From NCBI GenBank assembly GCA_030141605.1, contig JAQGDQ010000335.1, positions 186,001-250,000 of the forward strand: DNA of 64,000 bases, given 5' to 3'. Positions 40,001 to 53,358 of this stretch are shown piece after piece. A program made the position numbers and the translations under genes. Origin of the DNA: Tubiluchus corallicola (taxonomy: Eukaryota; Animalia; Priapulida). The notes under the pieces were generated by a model. The model was not told where the DNA came from, made no database searches, and was given only the letters and a program-made list of their open reading frames with translations. Numbering within the stretch: position 1 is the stretch's first letter; every line of letters begins with the position of its first letter.

Positions 40001-43000
40001 TATGCTTTTATTCTACATCTAGTACGACATTTTGTTCCAAGAATTAGGACTCAAGAAATCGCATAGTGAAAGACAAAACTTAGGATGTAATGAGGTCCAT
40101 GTGCATGCACTCCACTGGGTTTGTCACTAAATTCAATTATTGCACCATTCAAGTCGATTCATACCTTCATGCTTCACATCAACTTCTGTAGTACCATGAT
40201 CTTGTACTTCACTGGTGACTTGTTCTAATTGCTCAGTAACCACAGACTCAGTGACGTCAGTGGCTAGTTGGTCCTCACTCAGCTCAGAAGCTTTTTCTGA
40301 AGGTTTTGCAGGTTCATTTAACACTGCAGTAAGCCTGACATAAATGAACGATGAATTAAATAAGAAAACAGTCAAAGAAAATTGCTTAGAATTTAACATT
40401 CCAAAAAAGTAACTGCAAGGCAAACAACAGCAACTACAAGCCTAGGTTCCTAAATTCTTATGATTTTAACTAGACATCACATAGAAGTGATACCCACTTT
40501 AACAAAAAACATTCAGAAAAGAAATATTCTCACCTCATCTTTTGCCTTGGAGCAGGAGTGGACTCCCGTGAAGCATTGCTAGAAGTAGATGCCTTAGACA
40601 AAATCTTACTCTTCACTTCAGATTTCTTCTTTGGTTTCATTTTTTGTTCTTGAAGGCCAGCTGCAATCTTTGCAGCAACAGCATCCCATTTATTAGGCTT
40701 CTTTGGTTGCCGAACAATCTTCTTTGCCGGTTCAACTGGCTTGCTTTCAAATACCTTACTACGCACTTTGGACAAATTTGGACCGGCAGGAGCTTCTGTT
40801 GCAGAAGAACCCACAGTTGATTTAGATGCAGCTTTAGATGCACCATTTTTTCCAAGACCTATCCGTGGAGATTTCTTTTCCTGTTTCTTCTTTTTCAGTT
40901 TCTCTGATTCTTTTGACGAGTCTCCAGAATCTAAATCACAATTCACTTCTGACATATTTTTCATGGACACCATTTGCTGTTTCTTTTCACTTTTTTTCTT
41001 ATCCTTTGCAGTGTGGCTAGAGGATGACTCACTTACAAAGGTCTTTGCCGAACGGCTTTCCAGTTCCTTTGATTTACTATGTTTACCTTTACTTTTAGTT
41101 TTACTGGTTTTGTCATCTTCCAAATTCGATATCTGCAACACCACTTTTGATGGCTCTTGATCTGTATCTATTACAGGTTGACAGGTTAAAATATCACTTT
41201 CTTTAACACCTTCTTGCATACAGTCTGCGTTAACATTGTCTGTTGTTCCTTCAGTTATCTCGGTGCTTTCTGCCACCATTGCTTTGATTTCATTTTCATC
41301 AAGTTCTGTTTCACAACACATCTCTTCTCCACTTCCTTCGGCATCATCAGCCATTTCATTATGTACTTCGGCAACGTCTTCAGGTATATCTGATGTTTCA
41401 CGAATTACATCATAATTAAACAGCTGTCCATCAATGACTTGAGCCCCACGATTATGTTTCTCTGTAATATCTCCATCAAAGTCAATAGAAGTATTGCTAA
41501 CAACAGAATGACGAAATTCCCGATTGTCCCTAGTTGGAGAACCCTGAGCTGAATCAATGTCATAATCTCCTTGGTACCCTGTATCTGTACTGCTTACAGT
41601 TATTGAGGATATTGGTCTGTCTTGCTTTGTGCAAGAAGTTAAATCCACAGACGTTAAAATCAAATCTTCTTTTAAACTTGTGTTTATCAGCTGGTTACTT
41701 GTAGGTATGGAAATGATTTTCTCTCCATGATTAGCATCTTGCACAGCTTTGGAAGTATCTCCTTCAAACACAGTTAATTTGTCATCAACATAACTTGTGG
41801 AGGTACTTAAGATGTGATACGACCGATCTACATCCGTCGCGAAAACTGCAATGTCTGCTGAATGACCTTTTGCAAGATGATGCCCAACTTCTTGTGAGCT
41901 TTTTACCATCCCTTCATCAAGATCTTCTTCAAGAGACACTCTTTTAGATAGATCAGTTGTTCTAATAACTGCTGATGAAATACTTTGTAATGCATCTGAG
42001 CATTCTTCTTGTGTGCTCTGCCCCATTCCTTCATCTATGTCAGTTTCACTACTACCGAAAATCTGACCTTTCACATTCAAATGTTGTTCAACTAGCATAT
42101 CATCTTGTGCAGGCTGTGACTCCATACTGTTCGTCATTGGAACCAAGTTATAACTGTTTGTGGCCTGATGAGGATCTATGACCTTCTTCAAGAGATCAGT
42201 TTCAGGGGAACGAGACTCTACCATTGCTGAGTCATAACTTCTAATCATCTCCACTGTTGAGGCTGCACTATGGGTCATCTCCGTGTTTGAGTTTGATTCT
42301 TGACTTTTTGCCATGTCTGATTCTTCGCTGTTTGATCCATCCATTTCCCATTCATCCAAGTTTTGTTCAGATTTTTTAGGATTGGGAATATTACCATCAC
42401 TGAAATGCCCCGAGTACATGCTATCAGTCATTGCTGAAGGTATATAATCATCATTCATATCACAGATTTCCGCATGAAAGGATGCAGATGTCACAACATT
42501 GCCATCAAATGGCTCATCGGGAATGAAAATTTCTCCTACTCCATTTCTGGTTTCTGTATTTTCAGAATCCGATTTCTTCCTAAGGCTTTCAGCAATATCT
42601 TGGCTGCTCAAAAAATCAGTTGTTTTGCCCTGCTTTTGTTCATATTCTGTAAGAAAATCAGGAAGGAGGTCATGATCTTTAAGTGTGCCAGGACTAAGGA
42701 TGCCATCGATTGAAGTGGAACTTGACATACGAGCACACTTCAGAAATTCAAAAGATTCTGATGCAACAAGGCCATTTGAACAATCACCTGAAGAGTGATC
42801 ATCTACAGAATGATCATGCCGCAGCCGCTTCATTGCTTCTGTGTCTGACCTTTGCTGATCTTCAAATTCAACAACAGCCAGTTTATCCTCTTTTCTTTTC
42901 ATAGGAATGCTTGATTTCTTTGATTTTGTGCTAACATTGTTTATTGTTTCATGTTCATATTTACATTTGTCTGATGAAGATATTGCACTCTTGCCTACAA

Positions 43001-46000
43001 CCGCAGTCTTTGGTTGTCGAATTTCTTTGGAATTGTAAGCTTCTACTGATTCGTTGTCACTCTGGTGATTATCAAGCTTCTTGTATGATTTGGGGGGTAA
43101 AAGCTTAGAGGGACGTGCCAATGGTTCTGCAGAAGAGCATGTCTCAATCCCCTGCGGCTTCTGCACAAGAGCAGACTTTGGACGAGGAATTCCTCGTTTT
43201 ACCTCAGTATGCTTTTGTTGAAATTCGGCCGATTTAGGTCGTACAGGCTTTCCTTGTGATGGTGCCTGGGAAGCAGTTGCTTCGGACTCTACTAACACCA
43301 CCTTAGTCACTGGTGCAAAAATTCCATATCCATCCTGACAAGAGAAGTAAGTCACACCTTGAACTGTACCATTATGCTTTCCTTCTGGCTCATCTAATTC
43401 AATACCACAGAATACTCCATCTGTCAGATGTGTGCGTCCAAAATATCTGAAAATTCATAGTAACTTTGTTTTAGATAAAAGTATGTTAAATACGAGCATG
43501 CATAAACAGTTATCCTTAAAAAGCAGTGCAATATGAAATCAAGAATAGAACAAAAACTAATACAAAGTTTTTTTATTAGAAAACAAAAATTACCTTTATG
43601 TAATATGTGTAGGGATTTTTATTTATCAGTAAAAACATAAAAAAATTGAGTTTCAACTAGAACCCTGTACGCATTGAGACACTTCCACAAAATAGATTCA
43701 AGTGAGTTTGTAGTTGTCCTCAGCTTATGTTCATTTGGTGGACAAACAACATTTGCAAAAGGGATTTCCACATCCACCAAATACTGTGTTACTTCAGTAC
43801 ATTTTGTAGCAATCTTGTAAATTCTTCAAGCTGTACAGCCTGAACTACTGCTATTATAAAAAGAAGCATAAAAAATGTCTTTACCTGAGAGTTCCGATTT
43901 TAGAGCCACCTATGCACACACGAGACCCAACTTGCATATTTGAAAGATTCTCAGCAAAAATAGGTGGCTTGTTTCTTACAGGAGGTGATACTCGTCTTGT
44001 CAGCTGGGTAGAAGATATAGATGATGAAGGAATTTGTGCCCCCACTGCTACTTTGCCGTCTGGAGCAGATGAAGTGAAGCGACCATGGGGCACTACAGGA
44101 GCCTTGTCGTTTCTTGAAATGGGGGGCACTGGCTTAGCTGAAGTGCTGTATGCACGTGGACCTGGAAGCAGTGATCGCCGTGATGGTTGTTGCGGAATCC
44201 TCGATTCTATCGCCCCCTGCAAAGAAAAACACATTTTCTTGAAATTCCAGTTTAAGTATTGATGTTGACTATACATTTTTTTTACCAATTCTTCTCAATG
44301 GCAGTTCCTGTGAACAAACAAATGCTTGAGCAGGCTGCTGCCTAGGCAAAATCATTGGCATTATATAACATAATTATACTTCATTGATCAATGAACTATA
44401 AATGTTCACAAAATAAAATGTAAATTTCTACGTAGGTTATTGGAATGTTACCAATTTGCATAAAACTAATTATACTTCATTAATGAAATAGGAAAGTTAA
44501 AAAAGTGAAATAAAACGTAAAAATAAATGTGGGATATTGTAGTTTAATCCAAGTTATCAAGAAATTGCATTTGAGATATCATAAAATAGACACTTTTTAT
44601 AAAAATAAATAACATACCTATGGCATTTAATTTCCTCCCTAAACTGCACTAGTAGTCAACATGAGAGAAAAAAAACTAATCGTATTCTATACAGTTTTTG
44701 CTTTGTTATTTAGTTTAATAACATTCCTTATGCTTGTCACACGAGTGATGAGCATGTAAGGTCGAAGCAACCTACTTTAAAAAAATCAATATAAACAAAC
44801 CAGTACTCGGCTTAATTTAAAAGTCTTTCACATACCCACAATTAACTTTTTAGCCTTATAAAGTGCAAAATTTATAACTAGAACAAGAACTGAATAAGGA
44901 CTGAAAACTACTGACTTATTGCATTCGGACTTTCTACGTTTGTAGGGGTTTGTAATAGTCAAAGCACCTGCAGTACGTATTTCTACTTTGTCAAGCTCTA
45001 CGAATTCGTTGGATTAAGGCGGGCGATAAGTCAAAATTTTCTGGACGCGCATTTGATCTTTTAGTTACACTCATTTTAAATCTACCTTGTTACAGACATT
45101 CAGCTGTTACTGATATTTTACGTTTTATTCTTTCTCCCACCAGTTTTTTTAGAAATCAAATGTTTATTTAACCCATTTGCACTTTTCTTTCAACTTTCAA
45201 GTCGGAATGTCGATGTTCACATCAATTTCAATGACCAGATTATACAAAGATTACATTACGTATCACAAAACTCATTAATAATACTAATGTGCGATATGAC
45301 TGACCAATGAATTCTTTGAATCTTTAATAACAACGATTTTAGAACTCCAGTTAATGTCATTATAACATGTATCAATTGCTGTTCAACGTTCATACACTGA
45401 CACTACACTATCTAACACGCTGAACTCCATGTATATATTGCACCTGTTAAGATAAACACAGTGTCACTACAATTTCAAAACGCACATACATAGTAACCGA
45501 TTTCACTATAACGAAAACTACCGCGTAAGTGGAAAACATACAAAGTCAGAGATGTCAAAGTAACACGCTAAGTTTACTCACTATGTGCCTTGTGACTTTT
45601 GCATTTTGTGAGTGGACAGCTATGTACCACTCAATTAATTAGTCACCTATATCATATTTGTATAAGATAAGTTGCGAAGAATGCAATAAATGGTACCTGA
45701 CCAACCGAATTTATCTAGCTGTCTTATTGGAACGACAAACCCTAAAACGAATAATGAGACAATACAAAGCAGGAAAATGACAAAATCATTATCACAAATT
45801 TAGCAATAAGCACAACTCAAACAGAATCACAGTTTTGCTAGTATGCTTCACGTGGACAATGTTACAATTACCGACTAAGTGCACACCCCAAGAAGCAAAA
45901 AGATCTACATGGGATAAAAGATTACGCCCCCAGCAAAATGCGCCAAAACGAAATGTAGCTGAAATGGCTATCAATTTTAGAGTTTCACAAAACTATATCC

Positions 46001-47443
46001 GGTCCATCTATAACACAATGTGATCATTACATTAATATAGCATGTTGAATGTAACGTTTATAGTCGCTTAAACAATGTACTTGCACTTTACTACCTTCAG
46101 TTGCATGACATCACTGTCTACGTCCGCCGCATTAAATACCTGTAATCTGTACCTGTGCAAGTAGCAACTTCAATCTTACCCCCCGGCTGAGCTACTAAAA
46201 GCTTCAGCGCGGGAACAAAGTTATGTCAATACAACTAACATTGTATTGTTGAGAATAATAAAATAATCTCCGTGTTTAAGGGCTCGCTGCCCATTTGAAT
46301 GCACGTAGCTTTTGACTAGAATTCACAATAGAAAAAGTGAAAACTGGGTTAAATATTAAAGAATGCGTGACCGATGAAGCGGCTACGGTCAATGTTTGAA
46401 AGAGCGAGGTCACTGTAGAAAATAAATACGTTCAAGACCGATAAAAGGTATGCTAACAATATGAAGGTTCACCTGGGAATTCCACTATGAATTTGACCTT
46501 CCAGTGAGGTGGCACATAGATCCAGAGACTGCTTGTGTGGTCGAAGCAGCTCGAGTTCAACAAGACGGGTTTGTTGATTTCCAATAAGTACCTCATCAAA
46601 AAACAATAAAACGCATTTAAAGAGACCTAGACTGTCCTATAAACAGTAAGTATACAACTGTTTCGAACTACTCACTATCTTGATCAAGATAATGAAATCT
46701 AAATACTGCTTGGAAAGATAAAAGAAAAAGATCACAAAATATGGTGTGCCCTGGCTCTTACATATTGTAGACTCGATCTCAAATTTATTCTCGAGGTTAA
46801 ACGTTCTGCTGCTGCAAGCGCCCATTCTGTTGAGTGCAAATTGAGGCCTCACAAAAGTCCTAGAAGTTGAATGTCCATTTAAATGAGTTATAGATGGATG
46901 TGTGGGACTGTACACAAAACAACGAGAAAATTAAATAGGAAAAGAGAAACAAAGGGTGTAAAAACGGAAGCAAAGCCTACAGATTCATTTCTCCCAGTAA
47001 TTTGATGAAAAATTTAGAAAATGGCAAGCGGAAATCCAATGACGTGCGAAACACATCGATCGCTCTCGTGCGGCAAATGCTTTCACTTGGATTGGCGCCA
47101 ACATTTCCGTACTGAGTTTGGGAAGCCATGTTTTACAGTTCGAATCACGGGCGGGTTTCATCGATCCAGGGGGATTGATTAAACTGACGATGGTATATAG
47201 CAGCAGCATGCAGCATTCCAGCAAACAGCGATGAACTGCAAGCTATAGGGTACAAACTTTATATAAGCCAAGTGCACCAGTTAATAAGACGTACGTAATA
47301 CATTTAAGTAGCAAGACCTGTAAGACTAATCGTTCATGGACGGATGCATCCATTAAGAGATAGAAAGAGGGACAATGATGGACTGATGGCCAGATGGAAA
47401 GAGGAAGAGAGTGAGAGAGGAAAAGGGAGCAAGAGACAGAGGC

Positions 47444-47517
<74 letters not shown>

Positions 47518-50500
47518 AGGCAGCATAGAGAAATATAAAAATATATACGCGACTAGAGAAAAAAAACAAATATAGTACAATAGAAGGTATATGAAATTAT
47601 GTAGACACGTATTTGAGTGGGAGTATATCAGAAATCACTAGAAAATTAAAAAATACTAAAAGAAACCCAATATCGATTTATTGCTTCATGCTTACAACAA
47701 AAGCAAATTCTTGACAAATTCATGATAGTGTGACTGATAATCATAGGCAAAGAATGAAGGCTAGTTAATTTGTTCAAGCATCTGCTGCCATTACTAGAAA
47801 ATGCTGTGCCAGACAAAATTGCATTTCACGGTAGAAGTAACTCAACTAAAGATCAAGATGGATAAACCGAGATAAGGATGTGCTCAGAGAAAAGAAGCCC
47901 ACGTGATAAGACTATTCAATAACTATTAAGAAGCTTCTCAACTCTTCTTCTCAGCTTTTCTGTGTAGCTTTGAAACTAATTTTATCTCATTAAACCGACT
48001 ATCTTAAGTACAGGTCGACTTGTTTTGAGCGAAAAATGCACGACAGAAGTAACAAAAGAAGTTAATTTTATATGCAAATACGTGTAAAACTGTCACTGTC
48101 AGAGGTCCTGTACATCATTAAACGCTACCAATGCTTTAGGCCTTTTGTTTACGACAATCATTACGTGACTCAGTGACTCATCAACCGAGGCGTGAGTGAA
48201 GAAGGCATACATTGACAAGCGAATCTAACAAGATGGAATAAAAGTGCTTAGAAGGCAAAGAGGATGAAAGGATTCGCGTCTTCAGAGTAAATGGAGATAA
48301 GAAGCTGATTAAGAGACAACAATTGTGGAAGTGCTGATTACACATAAAATAAGCTAGTCTCACAGAAAATGGAAATCAGAAAAAGTATCACAAAGAAAAT
48401 GATGCTGGTAAGAAAAAGTATATTCAGCAAATGTATAAGAAGAACTTTGGGGTCGAGCTACAAGTTTGGAAAATCAGCATCGCAGATGTAAAGGCCATAC
48501 ACCATGTTCCAGGCCCTCCACGCATTCACGATTTCTGGAGCGCTTATTTCAGAATCAGAACCCATTGCACTACAACTGCATACATGCAAGTACACCGTAC
48601 ATTGTGCCATAAGGTGATAAGATAATCACTAAGAAAGTGACAAGTGAGAACAGACAAACAGCTGCTCACAATTAACTAATATCTTTCTCTTAGGTGGATC
48701 TGCAAATACCTACTTACCACTAAAAGACACCAACCATCTGGACGAAAATTCCCAACGCTCCTGAAGTCATCAGAAGAACATACACAGACGGAGTTAACAC
48801 TAGAGAACTCTCTTCGACCACCATTTTCTACATTTTAGACGATTCGATAGATTTCAATCACTTCTCCTGACGGCTCTATTATATGCTGCACAGATTAGCT
48901 GAATTGTGAAACGAGGAAGCAACTGCAAAAACTTGGCGAAACTTAATGGAAGCCACATAACTTTTCCGACTAGGCATAGCTAACCCATAAACCGCAAACA
49001 AGAACACAGCTATGTATAAACCGCATACAACTGAATTCGAAAACAAACAGCATCTGGGAATAAACAAACACATAAGAGTCTGATACAGCTCTGCACGCTT
49101 ACATCAAAACTAAAATAAACAAAATAAATAATTTAGTAGAATTCAATAATATGGTACACTGAAAACACTGATATCATGGCTCGTTTTGTTACGACTATTA
49201 CCCCGGGAAGCGTAAAATACTGAAAAAAGCCATGTTATTAGTAGCAATATTTTATTTTGTTATTACAATAATTAACAACAGCCAGATACGAGCAAACAAT
49301 CATGTATTATAGTACCGGTCATCAGTCGAAATAGTAGAGAATGTTTTAAGGTACAGGATTAACACTCTCAATACATTAACACTTTTAACGAGCAGATTCT
49401 CCAGCCTACAAAGTGAGAAGCGTTAGACTTGAAGAGTAAGCCATAACTAGCACTCGAAAACGAGAGTAAAATATCAGATATATTCATAAACAACGTTTTG
49501 TATCACCATGATCTTGGATAACAGACTACAGACTAGCCAGGGAAGACGACAGCAGGGGAATATTATGTCAATAACTAACTTGATAGGGAGATGCAGCTTC
49601 CAGGCAAATTCACTGCAGGCGCAACAGGCATGACGCTCCTTTCATTTCTGGTGCAATTAAAGGGCATTTCCTGAAATGTGCCTACAAGCCAAACCACTTA
49701 CTGGTAAAGCCATCTACTGCTAGAATGTATGGGCAGTTCCAAAACGGATGGCAGAAGATATATTACTGGGCCAGTGCACTTGTAAAGCAAAAACATTTAC
49801 AGCTGGTTTCCTTGTTAGGATTGCGAAGTTACTCTATTGCATGAATAGCCTAAGTGGATAGAGCGCACATCAAAATATTAGCGAAGTGCTTCCTTAATGC
49901 ATCCATGAATGCTCGTAAGAATGGCCTTTTTCCAACCACTTAATTATTACCATAACGTTAACTCACGAATGAGTCTAAAAATTCCTACAGATAAGATCTT
50001 TTAGCACCTCTACGGGACGTAAATAGGGAAGAAAAATGTCAAAGGTCGAAAAGAAAAGACGAGGTCGCGCAAAACCTTGAGGTTACGATCAAGGTAACAA
50101 GGGTAGGCGTGGTTCAGCCTCTCTGACGAAAATTGTTAGTTCAATCAGTCACAGTGAGAAGTCAAAATCCGCATGACAGCGTGTGAGCGTATGATAATGC
50201 TGAAAACATAATGCATGTACTGAAAACTCAAAAAGCCATGACGACCTAACAGCGTCACAGGAAGTTTAGTGATGCGCCAGCGATGTAATAAAACCATTTG
50301 ACTCGCACAATTACACTCATGATGCGAATAAATAATTTAAGGTCCACTTGACGACTACTGCAGGAAATACATCACAAACATAACGATTAGTTTTACACCA
50401 AAGTCAATTTTAAATCATATCCAGTAAAGAACTTCTGTGGAGCATGAGTCTTTATTTCCTGGCATACAGTATTTGCCAAGCATTTACAAAACGTGGTTTT

Positions 50501-53270
50501 ATCTTCAATAAACTCTCACTGATAGATCACCATGAAACTTTCAAAATGACTATAGAACACATTTAGCATTTATTTTAAAGACGTTACCAAATCCTTTGCA
50601 ATACAATGAAAACTTTCTGACAATTCTAAGCTTGTTTCTGACAAACAACATAAAACGTCGAATCACGCGCAATTAATTTAAAATGTAGACGATTAACAAT
50701 GGTAAAAACGTTTGCTGATACAGTGTTTTGCTTAACTGCTATTGTTATGCAGTAGGATTATCAGGCTACCAAAATAGGAAACCTACCAGCAAACTTGTTT
50801 TTCATAAACATTTGTGTATTCATGGAAATCATTTTTAGTTATAATGGAGTAAAAGGCAAGTCCGGAGATGTCAATGACTGGGCATTCAAAAACATTAAAA
50901 GCTAGGTTTTCTAGAAGGTTTAGATTAGTGGAAATAAACTCATATGCACATACCGATAACAAAAAAACTGACAACTCTGACTGTAATATTTGCCTGCAAA
51001 AGATTCTAATAAAGACTTATCATCATCATCATCATCATTACCAACTGACTGCTATACTTTGGCGACATTTTCCGCTCCAGACAAAACTAGCAGGTGTAAT
51101 TGCAATGATTCGCTTTACAAATCTTTAACTAGTCCAATTAATGGCAGCTGAACTAAGGCAGTAAAGGCGGCATCCCGCTCGCCTGTTCTTTCTAGAACTA
51201 TAAATATTATGCACAATATACTCTTAATTTTTTCTAAAATACGATTGAACGTCGTCTTGTCAAGGATATAAACACAGCGTTTTGTTCAGTTTGGTTTGTA
51301 TTTTATTATTGAAAAATCATTAGCAAAATTAATAATAAAAAAATCGCTAAAACAAATATTGTTATAACAGTACCACAAAAAATGATCATAACCATTAACT
51401 GATGTGCAGTTTCTTTGTAATTGCGTGTTTTTCTACCAAAGATTTGTAACATTTTGACAAGTTCTGATTTGCCAACTGTCTATTCCTAGCGTTGCTAAAT
51501 TATCCAAACTGACTGAAAAGGCGATTTTTACAAACACGAACTTTTAAATTGTTTGTTCGTATTTTTTTGTAACATTATCTTATAAGGGCGGCTTCGGCGG
51601 CGAGCGACGAATGACCATGAAGATAATAGTCCTACTTAATTATGTTTAAAACACAAAGCGTTTCGGATCTCTTAGTTTCGCCAGTAATCGCTATTTCAAT
51701 ATAGCTCAATGTGATATTGACACAAAAAGATTGTTGGCGCGCTGCGCTGATCAAACACACGGTGTTAGCAAACAGAAGTTCTCCCAGTTTTTACAAAATG
51801 TACTTTGTTGGTTGCTGCTGTGATGAAATTACGCACGGTTTGGTCGCACACGCCACTCTACCAATTTTTCTTTGGTCTCTTTGAAGCGTTCAATATTGTT
51901 CAATTACATTCGAACGAAAGATGATAAGCCCCAAGGGAGTGATTATGTATCAGTAAAATAACAAGTAGGCGGTATAAATTATCGTATGCACCAGGGGCCG
52001 AGCAAAAATCAAATTTAGCAAAACTGAATCAGTGAATGATGAAGACAGACAAATGTGTTTGTAGCTACATATCTAGGCAAATACAGAAGCAAGTTGGGTA
52101 AACAAAAATATCTATCTTGAGTCTGCAGTATACAGCTCTGGGTTTTCCGCATGTTGATCAAATCCGGTTTTATTAATAATATATTGCTGAGATATCTGTG
52201 TCCTAAACAACAGACTGCCAGAACTAAAGTGCCGAAAGCACTGTCAAACTCAGAGTTCTATATATGAACAAACTGACATGAAAACTGCGATTTAATATTT
52301 TTTTTACCATTTTTCTAAATCACCACCTAAATTATACGAACTCAAATCATTTAGCCAAGTTTCGTTTTATCACTCACTTAGTAATGTCACGCCTAATTAT
52401 TAAAACAATGCAAAAGAAACTGCTTAAACGACTTTTTGTCATTTGTGAACCTTTCAACCAAATGTAAGGGTTTCCCAAACAAAATTTCATGTTAGTGACT
52501 ATCAATTTAGCTAGTTTTCGAAACAATTGTAAAACATGATCACTTTATGTGACTATGTATTTTATCTAATATCTGGATTAGTTGTCATATTGTAATGAAC
52601 TCTTTGTTATTGATTAATCTATATGCACGATCTATTTATAGTTAATAACATTTCCTAAAAGATGCTGCAGCAGATATAGAAGAAGCACTTGCGCCCACAA
52701 TGGGCATTAATCTTGTAAAGCCTATACACACTACAGCAATTGAAGCAATCTAGATAAACTTATAGATTAGTGAGCCAATAATAAAATAAAAACCGTGAGC
52801 AGAAAATAATGGTTGTTTTCATTAATTCAATGATGTCACCATTGCAAAAACAGAAGATAATTTATCGAGGAAGCCAATCTTATCTTTGCAACTGAGACTC
52901 AAAAAGAAACATGGGCGAAATGGCTGAACACAAGAAATTTTGTAGCAAGTACTCCAGCATGAACTAATCTATTTAAGGTGCTGGTGTTGCCAATGATTTT
53001 TTTATTCCTCAACTGCACTGATGACAAAAAAAATGGTACTTGCGATGACCACTGGTATGATGCCATGAAAACAGTGTCAGGTGTCAGTGTCACGCATTAA
53101 AAAATCTGCATTAAAAAATCTTAACTCCAAAATATTTGCCTAAAAACTAAAAGTGCTATAGTAATTTGAAACTTATGCACATAGTCGCAGTGAGACACGC
53201 AAATGTTAGGGAAGTAAGAGAAATGTTCGTAGTAGTAGTGGTAGTGGTAGTGGTAGTGGTAGTAGTAGTG

Positions 53271-53358
<88 letters not shown>

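Noticed and set aside
46180-48830. Strong minus-strand donors at about 46179 and 48718 as alternative first exons
   Set aside because: No in-frame ATG for the phase-0 acceptor; they could only be UTR exons and cannot be verified here
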